From: Limisphaerales bacterium
Lineage (GTDB): Bacteria > Verrucomicrobiota > Verrucomicrobiia > Limisphaerales > JADJPG01
Assembly (NCBI GenBank): GCA_044229355.1
Contig: JBGATF010000012.1
Span: 13,522-77,521, forward strand
Direction: 5' to 3'
DNA length: 64,000 nucleotides
In this document: positions 16,724-25,197 of the stretch, one piece after another
How positions within the stretch are numbered: position 1 is the stretch's first letter
Layout: each line of letters begins with the position of its first letter
Made by a program: the position numbers and the translations under genes
Notes under the pieces: model-generated
Told to the model about the DNA's origin: nothing
Databases searched by the model: none
What the model saw: only the letters and a program-made list of their open reading frames with translations

Positions 16724-17787
16724 GGCTGGGAGGATGGCGTTGGCGCCGCCGGGCCGCCGGGAATCTCGCTGAAGGTCCAGGCGGGCTCCCAACCCGCCGG
16801 CAACGGGAGCACCGGCCCGGGCTTTGCGTCGGGATGCAACGCGCGCAGGTCCGCGCTCGCGCCGCCAATGATGGGTCCATCGCCGAGGCGCATCAGGCCC
16901 ATGGGCGCACCCGCATGTTGCGGATCGCCGTCCTCTTCCACATTGCCGGTGAAAAGCACATAACGGCCGTCGGGAGAAATGTGACCGCCGTAGACGTGCC
17001 GGCCGTCCTCCCCGTAGACCAACGAACGCGTCTTGCCATCGGCACGGGAGCGCCATAGTTGCGTCCAGCCGTGTCCGTGATTGCCTTTCTGCCCGGGCGG
17101 GCGCCACGAAAAGACGAGCTGTTGCGAGTCCGGAAACCAATCCGGCGTACAACAATCCACCGTGTTCACCGCGCCCACCTCTCCGCTCGCCGCGTCCATC
17201 CGCGCGATGCTCCACCCCGTGCCGAATGAGTTGGCCACGCCGCACAGCCAGCGCCCATCGGGCGACCACGTCAGCTGCTGGAAAAATCCGCGCCGCGGAA
17301 ACGTGCGCCGGACCGCGCCCGACTCCGCGTCCACCAGCGCGACCCCGCTGAGGCTGAGCGTCGCCAACTCCCGGCCGTCCGGGCTCCAACTCGCCCACGG
17401 CAAGGCGCCGTCCCGGCCAAGTACCCGCGGAACGGCGCCATCGCTGCGGGCCACGACGAGCGAACCCTGCTCCCCATACCGATTCCCCTCCACCTTCTCC
17501 TGGCGTCGAAACCTCCGATAAAGCAGGCGCGCGCCGTCCCGCGAAAATTGCGGCGCCACCTCGTTCCACTCCGGCGTCTGCGTGAGCGCGTGGCGGTGTG
17601 ATCCGTCCGGACGCATCCGATACAGATCCCAATCCCCCCGCTCGCTGCGCGCCGGAAAAACAATCCAGCCCAGCGTGCGCACTTCCTCGGCCAGCACGCG
17701 AACGTCCGGCGGGAGTTCCGCCGCGGCGGCGACGGGCGAAAACGCAGCCAGCCAGAGCCCCATCAATCGCCTGGACACACGCTTCAT
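16720..17787 (-). CDS. TolB-like (PD40/WD40-like beta-propeller) periplasmic protein, paralogue 1
   Basis: Signal MKRVSRRLMGLWLAAFSPVAAAA. Motifs FSRDGARLLY, WSPDGRELA, WSPDGRWLC, ISPDGRYVLF. Collinear with the downstream paralogue, including the C-terminal GWEPxWT. Confidence 0.8.
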   Translation of the reverse strand: MKRVSRRLMGLWLAAFSPVAAAAELPPDVRVLAEEVRTLGWIVFPARSERGDWDLYRMRPDGSHRHALTQTPEWNEVAPQFSRDGARLLYRRFRRQEKVEGNRYGEQGSLVVARSDGAVPRVLGRDGALPWASWSPDGRELATLSLSGVALVDAESGAVRRTFPRRGFFQQLTWSPDGRWLCGVANSFGTGWSIARMDAASGEVGAVNTVDCCTPDWFPDSQQLVFSWRPPGQKGNHGHGWTQLWRSRADGKTRSLVYGEDGRHVYGGHISPDGRYVLFTGNVEEDGDPQHAGAPMGLMRLGDGPIIGGASADLRALHPDAKPGPVLPLPAGWEPAWTFSEIPGGPAAPTPSSQP

Positions 17788-17811
17788 GGGGTCGGGCCGG
17801 CCGGGCCCGGT

Positions 17812-20706
17812 TTAGTAGTGCACGCGGATGGCATAGTGTCGATCGGTGGGATGCGGGATGCGCACCCACTCGCCCCCCGGGTCAAAGTCCCGCCAGTCCC
17901 CGCCGTTGATCTGGACGGACTTCATTTTGCTCGCACGCGCATGACGCAGCCGAATCCGCAGCGCCGACGGGCTGCGGCGCGCCGGCAGGTCAATGTCGGC
18001 CGAGAGTTCCCCATCCGCCGCGCGGCTGTCGATGCGGAACGACAGCGGTCCGAAATAGGTCGGGGCGTTCCGCACCACGATGTGCTGGCCGGGCTCGAGC
18101 CAGGCGCGAGGCGTGGCTTGCGCCAGCAAGAGCGTGTCGTCGTCCCGCTCGTCGATCAGCAGCCGGCGATAAAGCTCAAACCACGCGCCGTCCGTGCTCG
18201 GCGGGCCGAAATACTGCGGCCAGCCCCACCGATGCTCCACCGGCTCAAAAACCGTGTGGCTGAAGGCGCACGCCATCATGCTGTAAAAGGCGCGAATGGC
18301 CGCCTTGACCTCATCGCGCCGCAGATAGGCTGTGGCCTGCTGGTTGTAGACGGGCTCGTTGATCATGCCCCACTGACGAAGGAACAGGTTGTCCTCGTGG
18401 TCGTGCAGCATCGCGGTGGTCAGCGGTCCATGCGGGTCGAGCGCCTGCAGCCGGGAAAGATGCAACGGGCCCGTGTCCACATCCGTGGGATACCAGGCTG
18501 TGAACTGGCGTCCGGCGGATTGCGCATCGCAGGGTACGTACGGAGTCCAGGTGCCGTCGGCCAGGGGCACCGCCGGCGATCGCACGCTGGCCCGGCCAAA
18601 TTCCCGCTCGACAGCCTCGCGCAGCGTGCGCGCCGCAGCGCGGCATGACGCGGCGCGCGGATGTCCGATCTCCGCGAGCGCCCGGCCCAGCCGGTCGAGC
18701 CCCGCCACGAAATACGCCTGATTGAAGGCCCACGACCGCGGCGCATGCGAGAGATCGTTGAGCGGCGCCAGCACCAGGCCCGGCGTCGGATTGGGCGGGC
18801 GACCCGCCAGCTGGACCGCGTCCAGACACCAATCCAGGGCCCGCAGCGTGGGTGGCAACAAGCGTTCAAACGAGGCGCGATCGCCCGAGAGCAGAAAATG
18901 CTGCGCCACCGAGTAGAGCATGCCGGGAGTGTAGACGCCCCAGTTCGCAAAGCCGCCGATGTGGCCGTTCGCCTCCTGATTGTTGGCGAACATGATGGCG
19001 TGCTCCTCCGCCGAGAGGGCGTGATACCCGCGCAAATCATAGAGCATGTAGTCCACATACACCGACTGGTTGACGGGCCACGGCGTGCCCGTCTGGCCGT
19101 AGGCGAAGTTCGAGTAGGGAAGGTCCACTTTTACCCCGTTTGCATCTTCCCCATGACGTCGCGGCAGCCGCCGGGCATGCCAAAAGTTCGCGCGAAACAG
19201 AGTGTTGACGGCCGGGTCCGGCACCTCGAAGAAAGCGCCCCGAGCGAGGGCGTCATTCCAATAGTTCAGCGTCGCTTGCCGGCTGGCTTGGTAGTCGAGA
19301 GCCAGCAACGCCTCACGGTCACGCGGCTCCACCGCCGGCGAGGGCAGCCGCACGATCAGCTCCCGCGTGCCGCCGGCCGGCAGTCTGACGTTGAACTGGA
19401 TCTGCTGCCGCAGGGTCCCGCCCATTTTTGCATCGCCTGAAGGCGCTCGCGGCGACGGGAGGTTTTGGATGGTCGGAGCCGAGTCCGGCCCGTCGACCGC
19501 GAGCAGCGTCCGACCCGCGCCGTCTTCCCAAGCCATTCCACCAGGCCCGATCCGCAGCGTGCCCTCGCCGCGATCGACGGGCAAACCGCGCTCGTGTCCG
19601 AGACGAACCTCCACCGTTCGAGCCGAGCCCTGCCGCTCGCTGAGCTGCACTTTTTCCAGCAGCACCATTTGGAGATCACCGGCCCCTGCCGCAGGCGGAC
19701 CATGCAACGGATAGGCAAACTGCTCCACCTGACACCGCACGCCGTCCTTTTCGAAGGTCGTCAACATCACGGGCAGCCCGTCGGTCAATTGTTGCCCCCG
19801 CCACGCATTGGTCAGGCTTTGGGCAGCCTCGCCGAAATCAAACGACAGGGTAAACCGGTCCACCTTGCTTTCGTCATTGCGCACCCCCGCGAAGCGGTCC
19901 ACGCCAAATTTGTAGAGTGCGCTGTCCCAGGTCAGGCCCACAATGTGCCCCGGGGAAACGGCATTCGGATTCTGAAACGCCGCGCTGCCCATGTCCTCCC
20001 AGCGCCCGGCAAATTGCCGGTAGCTGGCCTCCGCGTCACGCTCCACCCGATCGAGCACGCGCTGCCCGCGCCGACCCTCGATCTTCGATAGATGTCCGGC
20101 CAGCGTCTCCGGCACTTCCCCCGCGGCCACAAACAAGTCCAGCTCCGGAAACCAAAACGACTTTTGTGAAACCAATTGATCCACGGTCAGGCGGAACCCG
20201 CGCGTCCCTTCCCCGTTGAGTTCGATCGCCACCTGGCGCGAGTCAGGCCGGTTGGCCGGATCCGCCTGCAGCCGCTGCGCGGCGCCGGCGTCACCAAATC
20301 TCCACAGGTATTTCCAGATGGAATGGACGTTGGCGATGTTCGTGATCGTGGCCGGCGCAAAGCGCAGGCGGCACGACAGCTCATCCACATCCCCTGCCCC
20401 GGCGATCGTTCGCGCAATCGAGCTTCCAGCTTCAAGCACGTCGGGCAGTTCAACGCCGTCCAGGTGTGCGTCGCCGACGCCCACCCCCAGGCCGACCAGC
20501 CTGACAAAGAACGGCCGGGCCACGGCCGAGCGATGGCCCCAGGAGATTCGCAAGGGAAGCGCCATTGACTTTGCGGGGGGGACCACGGCCGGAGCCTGCG
20601 CGACGGCCGGGCGTCCCAAGCCGAGCGTCATGGCCAGGATGATCGTGGCCATTCTGCGGGAAGGCCCGGCGGGCCTGACGGCGGTTCTCATGCCAGAAAG
20701 ACTCAT
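17812..20706 (-). CDS. Large secreted hypothetical protein (~960 aa), C-terminal half possibly (alpha/alpha)6-barrel glycosidase-like
   Basis: Long ORF with coding-like composition. Signal (possibly TAT-like) region PSRRMATIILAMTLGLGRPAVAQA. Candidate starts are 20706, 20691 and 20652. The C-terminal half has helical-repeat-like stretches (GMLYSVAQHFLLSGDRASFERLLPPTLRALDWCL; FNQAYFVAGLDRLGRALAEIG). No family recognised with certainty. Confidence 0.75.
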   Translation of the reverse strand: MSLSGMRTAVRPAGPSRRMATIILAMTLGLGRPAVAQAPAVVPPAKSMALPLRISWGHRSAVARPFFVRLVGLGVGVGDAHLDGVELPDVLEAGSSIARTIAGAGDVDELSCRLRFAPATITNIANVHSIWKYLWRFGDAGAAQRLQADPANRPDSRQVAIELNGEGTRGFRLTVDQLVSQKSFWFPELDLFVAAGEVPETLAGHLSKIEGRRGQRVLDRVERDAEASYRQFAGRWEDMGSAAFQNPNAVSPGHIVGLTWDSALYKFGVDRFAGVRNDESKVDRFTLSFDFGEAAQSLTNAWRGQQLTDGLPVMLTTFEKDGVRCQVEQFAYPLHGPPAAGAGDLQMVLLEKVQLSERQGSARTVEVRLGHERGLPVDRGEGTLRIGPGGMAWEDGAGRTLLAVDGPDSAPTIQNLPSPRAPSGDAKMGGTLRQQIQFNVRLPAGGTRELIVRLPSPAVEPRDREALLALDYQASRQATLNYWNDALARGAFFEVPDPAVNTLFRANFWHARRLPRRHGEDANGVKVDLPYSNFAYGQTGTPWPVNQSVYVDYMLYDLRGYHALSAEEHAIMFANNQEANGHIGGFANWGVYTPGMLYSVAQHFLLSGDRASFERLLPPTLRALDWCLDAVQLAGRPPNPTPGLVLAPLNDLSHAPRSWAFNQAYFVAGLDRLGRALAEIGHPRAASCRAAARTLREAVEREFGRASVRSPAVPLADGTWTPYVPCDAQSAGRQFTAWYPTDVDTGPLHLSRLQALDPHGPLTTAMLHDHEDNLFLRQWGMINEPVYNQQATAYLRRDEVKAAIRAFYSMMACAFSHTVFEPVEHRWGWPQYFGPPSTDGAWFELYRRLLIDERDDDTLLLAQATPRAWLEPGQHIVVRNAPTYFGPLSFRIDSRAADGELSADIDLPARRSPSALRIRLRHARASKMKSVQINGGDWRDFDPGGEWVRIPHPTDRHYAIRVHY

Positions 20707-20731
20707 GCTACGCGGCGACGCTTCGAGCCGG

Positions 20732-20770
20732 CCACACCACTCGCGCCAAAGACTGAACCGATCCCGCCAA
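20732..20770 (-). promoter_or_regulatory. Conserved 39-nt upstream element, copy B (before the 17812-20706 secreted-protein gene)
   Basis: Gene-direction sequence TTGGCGG GATCGGTTC AGTC TTTGGCGC GAGTG GTGTGG. It lies 26-64 nt upstream of candidate start 20706. Aligns without gaps to copies A and C. Confidence 0.45.
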
Positions 20771-20857
20771 CCTTGCGCGCGCGGATCCGGATCCGGCACC
20801 GGCTCCCGGTCGGCAGCCGTCCGCGATCCACGCCGCCCGGCAGGACCTGCGCGGCGG

Positions 20858-21973
20858 TCAATACTTCCGCACGCCCGCCTTCTGATAAAACTGCCGGACC
20901 TGGGCCCGCTCGTTCTCCAGCTCCAGCAGACCCAGCGAGCGCGTCATGTCGCCGATGGTCCGGCGGGCATCGTTGGACCAGAAAATTCCGCAGTCCTCAT
21001 CCTCGTAGTAGCGGAACCCGACCTTGTCGCCATAGGCTTTCCGGAAGGCCGCGCCATTTTGCAAGCGGGAGCTCCAGGGCAGAAGCGCGTAGCTCAGATC
21101 CAGCTCGTGGACGAGCATGCTTTGCGGCGGCTTGATCTGCGCCGCGATCTTGCCGGTCGGCTCGAAGATCGAGGCGTTGTGCCGCCACGTGCTGGAAACG
21201 ATGTAACATCGATGCGCCCGCGCACGGGAGGCCGGCTGCGACGTTTGTGGCGACTGGGTGGGCCAGACGATGAGCTCGGCCCCGCGCCGCTCCAGCTCCG
21301 CCCAGCCCTGGTCGAATTCCATGTCGTAACAGATTTGGATCCCCAGCTTGCCGAAGTCGCAATCGAACACCGGCAGGTCGTCGCCGGGCTGCGTGCCGCC
21401 TTCCATCGTCCCTCGGTCCAGGGCGACGACCAGATGCACCTTGCGATAGATTCCGATCGTCTCCCCCTGGCGCCCGACGAGCACGGCCGCATTGGAACAT
21501 CGTTTTCGCCCGGGCGTCTCCTGCAGATAAAGGGGCGCGACGATGTAGCAATGATGCTCGCGCGCCTTGCGCGCAAACGTCTCCTGGACGGGCCCGGCCC
21601 ACAACACCGCATGCGCCGGCGCGTCTCCGTCCGCCTCGCCCGTGATGGACGTCTCCGGCAGGACGGCGAGATCCAGGCCGCGCCCATGCGTCGCCTGCGC
21701 TTCCGCCGCCATTCGATCGACCATTCCCGCCAGCTGATCGAGGCGGTTGGACAAGCCCGGATACACACCCCAAAACGACTGCATCATGGTGCCGACGATC
21801 ACCTTTCGCGGCGGCAAATGGGAGGTCGATCTCCCGTGCGCTTCCGCCGCGACGCCCAGGCCACCCGCGATCACGGTGTGGGCGAAGAACGCGGCGGCGA
21901 CCCAACGCCACCGCGGATTGACGACGAAGCGGCGGCACCACGCACCGAAGAGGACTGAGAGCGTTCGTTTCAT
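20858..21973 (-). CDS. Carbon-nitrogen hydrolase (nitrilase superfamily) with N-terminal signal/anchor
   Basis: Glu-Lys-Cys triad contexts are DLAVLPETSITGE, GIYRKVHLV, LGIQICYDMEF. Hydrophobic N-terminus WRWVAAAFFAHTVIAGGLGVAA after ATG 21973 (MKRTLSV). Confidence 0.85.
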   Translation of the reverse strand: MKRTLSVLFGAWCRRFVVNPRWRWVAAAFFAHTVIAGGLGVAAEAHGRSTSHLPPRKVIVGTMMQSFWGVYPGLSNRLDQLAGMVDRMAAEAQATHGRGLDLAVLPETSITGEADGDAPAHAVLWAGPVQETFARKAREHHCYIVAPLYLQETPGRKRCSNAAVLVGRQGETIGIYRKVHLVVALDRGTMEGGTQPGDDLPVFDCDFGKLGIQICYDMEFDQGWAELERRGAELIVWPTQSPQTSQPASRARAHRCYIVSSTWRHNASIFEPTGKIAAQIKPPQSMLVHELDLSYALLPWSSRLQNGAAFRKAYGDKVGFRYYEDEDCGIFWSNDARRTIGDMTRSLGLLELENERAQVRQFYQKAGVRKY

Positions 21974-22153
21974 GTGGGAATGGCAAGGCACGCCGGAGCC
22001 TGACGGAAAGGCGGCCTTCTGGGAAGGCGAGACCGCCTCCCCTCCGCTCCCGCAGCGAGAGACGAGCGAGGGCGAAGCGCCGCGCTCAACAGCGCTGCAG
22101 CTACTGGTATCCCAAACTTATTGCCGGTCCCGAAAACTTAATTGGACCGAACT

Positions 22154-23173
22154 TCACGAGCCGAGAATCTTGCGCTGAAACGCGTCCAAATTTGGTTCGG
22201 TCACGGCCAGACGCAGGACATGGCGCAGTTCTTCCATCGACGTCAGCTTGTTCACATAGTCGGCGATGGCATCGGGCACCGGACCGAATCGAGCCACCAA
22301 CGCATCGAGCGCAGCCGTCCGTCCGCCCTCCAACCGCCCCGCCGCCTGCCCTAATGCTGCCCCCCTGGCCTCGCCACGAGCTTCACCGCGAGCTTCGCCT
22401 TCCCGCATGGCGATTCGTTCCAATGGCGTGATCAAATCCTTGATGGACATGGGCTGCACCGTAGCCGTCTCCGCACGGAACTTCAATTCCAAATCCTCCG
22501 GCAACTGCGTCAGAACGTGAATGACTTTCCACAATTCACGGGCTTCCTTCCGGTTCATGCCCAAGCCGGACAGTTTAGCCAGGTGGCTCAAAAGCCCGAA
22601 TCGCCCGCGATAACGCGCCTCCACATCCCGCACGGTCGTCAACGCCACCTGATGCGCCGCGATGATTAACGCAAACGGATTGCCTGTCCGCCGAAACACC
22701 CCCTCCGGATCCGCAAAATCAACAACCTTGAACATGGGGAACTCGAAGCACAGACGACAACCAGCGATCTCCGTCTCGTGCAGGCTCGGGCGCCACGCGG
22801 GATCGTCGTCAGCCAGCACCGCCAGGCTGATCACTGCCTCACCAAATTTGTCCAGTATGCGATAGAAATACGCGAACAACCGTCTCGCAAACTGGGCTTG
22901 CCGTTGAGCCTGCACCTCGACGTGGATGAACAGCCACTCGAACCGCCCGTCGGCCAGCCGAACCCTCACCAAGCGATCGACCGCCAGGACTCCGGGGCCA
23001 GGTTCCGTCCCCAACGCTTGCAACTCGGTATCAAGAAAGGTCGGGGCCTGCGTCCAATCGACCAGGTCGTGGACCGCGGGAAAGCACAACTCAAGAAACG
23101 GACGCAGGTAGATCTCAAGCGCGACCTTCCACGGCCCATCAAACTCATTGGCAACACCCTCCTTGTCAGGCAT
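22154..23173 (-). CDS. Rpn/YhgA-like recombination-promoting nuclease (PD-(D/E)xK putative transposase family) with DUF4351-like C-terminus
   Basis: N-terminal FDGPWKVALEIYLRPFLELCFP ... VDRLVRVRLADGRFEWLFIHVEVQ is typical of this family. The C-terminal helical region resembles DUF4351. Contains the in-frame repeat GEARGEARGEARG. Lies in a less GC-rich patch. Start taken at ATG 23173 (MPDKEG). Confidence 0.75.
   Translation of the reverse strand: MPDKEGVANEFDGPWKVALEIYLRPFLELCFPAVHDLVDWTQAPTFLDTELQALGTEPGPGVLAVDRLVRVRLADGRFEWLFIHVEVQAQRQAQFARRLFAYFYRILDKFGEAVISLAVLADDDPAWRPSLHETEIAGCRLCFEFPMFKVVDFADPEGVFRRTGNPFALIIAAHQVALTTVRDVEARYRGRFGLLSHLAKLSGLGMNRKEARELWKVIHVLTQLPEDLELKFRAETATVQPMSIKDLITPLERIAMREGEARGEARGEARGAALGQAAGRLEGGRTAALDALVARFGPVPDAIADYVNKLTSMEELRHVLRLAVTEPNLDAFQRKILGS
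22364..22399 (-). repeat. In-frame 12-nt tandem repeat x3 (GEAR GEAR GEAR) inside the Rpn-like gene
   Basis: Minus-strand codons ggc gaa gct cgc / ggt gaa gct cgt / ggc gag gcc agg, read directly from the sequence. Confidence 0.8.
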
Positions 23174-23433
23174 GCGGAATGGACGGTAGCGGGACGCCCT
23201 CGACTTGCCCAGCACTCTGTGGGATTCACAGGACCGCTGAAGTCCGCCTCGGGTGCGCTGGCATCGCTGCCAACGATTCGTTCTTCATTCGCGGCGGGCC
23301 GGCCACGATGCCGGCGCATCGAGGCAATATTCCTGCGCCGCCCTCAATCGTGGCCGAGCCGGCTCGAAACTATTTCTTGCAAATACAGGGCGCGAATCAA
23401 GGTTCCGTGCTTTCGAGCAACTTGGTTCCGACA

Positions 23434-25197
23434 ATGCGCCTCCGCCCTTTAATCCTAATTGCCTTGATGGCCCTGACCCACATCGCCTCGTCCAGCCCGG
23501 CCCAGAATACCCAGATGGGGGCAGATTCACCGTTGCTGCCCGGCACCCAACGGGCCCAGGCCGAAGTGCACGCGGCGCGGAGCTACGTTGATCGCAATCT
23601 TGTCGTTTCCACCTTCCAGGACGGTCGCTTCACCAATGGCGGCGCCCTGGGCTGCGGCTACGCCATCAGTCACGATGCCGGACTCACCTGGTCCCGCGGA
23701 ATCATCCCGGGCCTGACGGAGCTGACCGGCGGACCGTTCAAGCGGGCGACCGATCCGGTGGCGGCCATCGACCACGCTGGGAACATCTTTCTGGGCACCT
23801 ACGCGTTCACTCCCGGCGGTTCCGACGCGATGGCCGTCAGCAAATCAACCGATGGCGGCGCGACCTTCTCTGCCCCGGTCTTCGCCGTGACCAACGACGG
23901 CCGGATCTTCGCGCTGGACAAGAATTGGCTCACGGTGAACACGTTTCCGGGCTCGCCAACTTTCGGTCGGCTGGCCCTGAGCTGGACCAGCCTCTTTTAC
24001 GCAGCCGCATCCAACGGCGTCGTGGTCAGCGACGACGGCGGCAACTCCTGGACGAGGCCGCAATTCGTCGGCGCAAAACTGAGCCAGGCGACCCAGCCAC
24101 TGTTTCTGCCCGATGGGTCTCTCGCCATGTTCTATTGGAATTTTGACGGCAATCGTATCGAGTTTGTCAGGTCTGAAGACGGCGGGCTGACGTTCGCCCT
24201 TCCGACGATCGTCTTCGCCGTGCAGCGCTACGACGATCCCATCGCCCGCGGACTCGGCTTCGCACCGTCCGCGGCCGGCGACCGCCAGGCGGGCGTCGTC
24301 TACGTTTGCTGGCAGGGACGCACGGACGCGAACCCGGGCAGCCGGCCGTGCATTTTCTTCAGCCGATCCATTGACCAGGGAAAAACCTGGACCACACCCG
24401 TCGCAGTCAATGACACGCCCGACGCGCGCAGCGTGTTTATGCCCGCGCTGGCCGCGTCGCCCGATGGCCAGCACCTCACGGTCATCTTTTACGACAAACG
24501 CAACGATCCCGGGGCGGGCTACTTGGTGGACCTCTACCTCGCGGAATCGTTCGACGGCGGGCAAACCTGGCAGCCCAACGTCCGCCTGAGCGAGGTTTCA
24601 AGCGATTTGCGGGCCGCCCCGTTGACCGACCGCGGATATATGCTCGGCGACTACCAGGCGATCGTGCCCGCGCTGGACTTCGACTCGCCGGCGGTCGCCT
24701 GCTGGATCGACACGCGCAGCGGGAATCCGGACCCATTCGCCATGCAGATCCGCCGGCGCCGCGGCACATCCTTCGCAACGTGGAGAACGCTGCGCTTCTC
24801 TGCCACGGAAACAGGCGATGCCTCGATCGCCGGACCGGACGCCGATCCCGACGGCGACGGCATCCCCAATCTGGCCGAGTACGCCCACGGCCTTGAACCG
24901 CGACACGCGGACCCGGCTCCGCTTCACTACAAATCAGGGGTCACCACAACTGACCCGGCGGGCACACGCGCGGCCTTGCCCCTCTCCTACAACTATTCGC
25001 CCGTGCTGGATGACATCGCCTTCTCTTGGGTTGCCTCGGACGATCTGACGTTGTGGTCGCCCATCATGCCCGCAGAGCAGGCGTCGCAAGCCGGGGCCGA
25101 GTCGACGCTCCGATCGTTCGAGGCCCATTTCCCGATCGACGTGGACACGCCGTCGCGCGCCTACCGTCTGCAACTGAACCAGACCAATCGGGACTAG
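23434..25197 (+). CDS. BNR/Asp-box repeat sialidase-fold protein with TSP3-like calcium motif and C-terminal [FY]R[LV] module, secreted
   Basis: Signal MRLRPLILIALMALTHIASSSPA (ATG 23434; the upstream track extension is not credible). Six Asp-boxes: SHDAGLTW, STDGGATF, SDDGGNSW, SEDGGLTF, SIDQGKTW, SFDGGQTW. DADPDGDGIPNLAEY at 24838-24882. The protein ends ...SRAYRLQLNQTNRD. Confidence 0.85.
   Translation: MRLRPLILIALMALTHIASSSPAQNTQMGADSPLLPGTQRAQAEVHAARSYVDRNLVVSTFQDGRFTNGGALGCGYAISHDAGLTWSRGIIPGLTELTGGPFKRATDPVAAIDHAGNIFLGTYAFTPGGSDAMAVSKSTDGGATFSAPVFAVTNDGRIFALDKNWLTVNTFPGSPTFGRLALSWTSLFYAAASNGVVVSDDGGNSWTRPQFVGAKLSQATQPLFLPDGSLAMFYWNFDGNRIEFVRSEDGGLTFALPTIVFAVQRYDDPIARGLGFAPSAAGDRQAGVVYVCWQGRTDANPGSRPCIFFSRSIDQGKTWTTPVAVNDTPDARSVFMPALAASPDGQHLTVIFYDKRNDPGAGYLVDLYLAESFDGGQTWQPNVRLSEVSSDLRAAPLTDRGYMLGDYQAIVPALDFDSPAVACWIDTRSGNPDPFAMQIRRRRGTSFATWRTLRFSATETGDASIAGPDADPDGDGIPNLAEYAHGLEPRHADPAPLHYKSGVTTTDPAGTRAALPLSYNYSPVLDDIAFSWVASDDLTLWSPIMPAEQASQAGAESTLRSFEAHFPIDVDTPSRAYRLQLNQTNRD

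Noticed and set aside
15707-17869. 720-aa ORF read as one large protein
   Set aside because: Only its last 339 codons (from MKSIWPCF) are TolB-like. The upstream 380 codons are out of frame with, and overlap, the real paralogue at 16720-17787.
20216-21958. 580-aa plus-strand ORF
   Set aside because: It is antisense to the C-N hydrolase gene and to the 5' end of the 17812-20706 gene, and has low-complexity Arg/Pro/Ala content.
22154-23173. Calling the Rpn-like gene a complete mobile element
   Set aside because: I could not find terminal inverted repeats or target-site duplications flanking it. Rpn/YhgA proteins are not established autonomous transposases, so it is reported as a CDS only.
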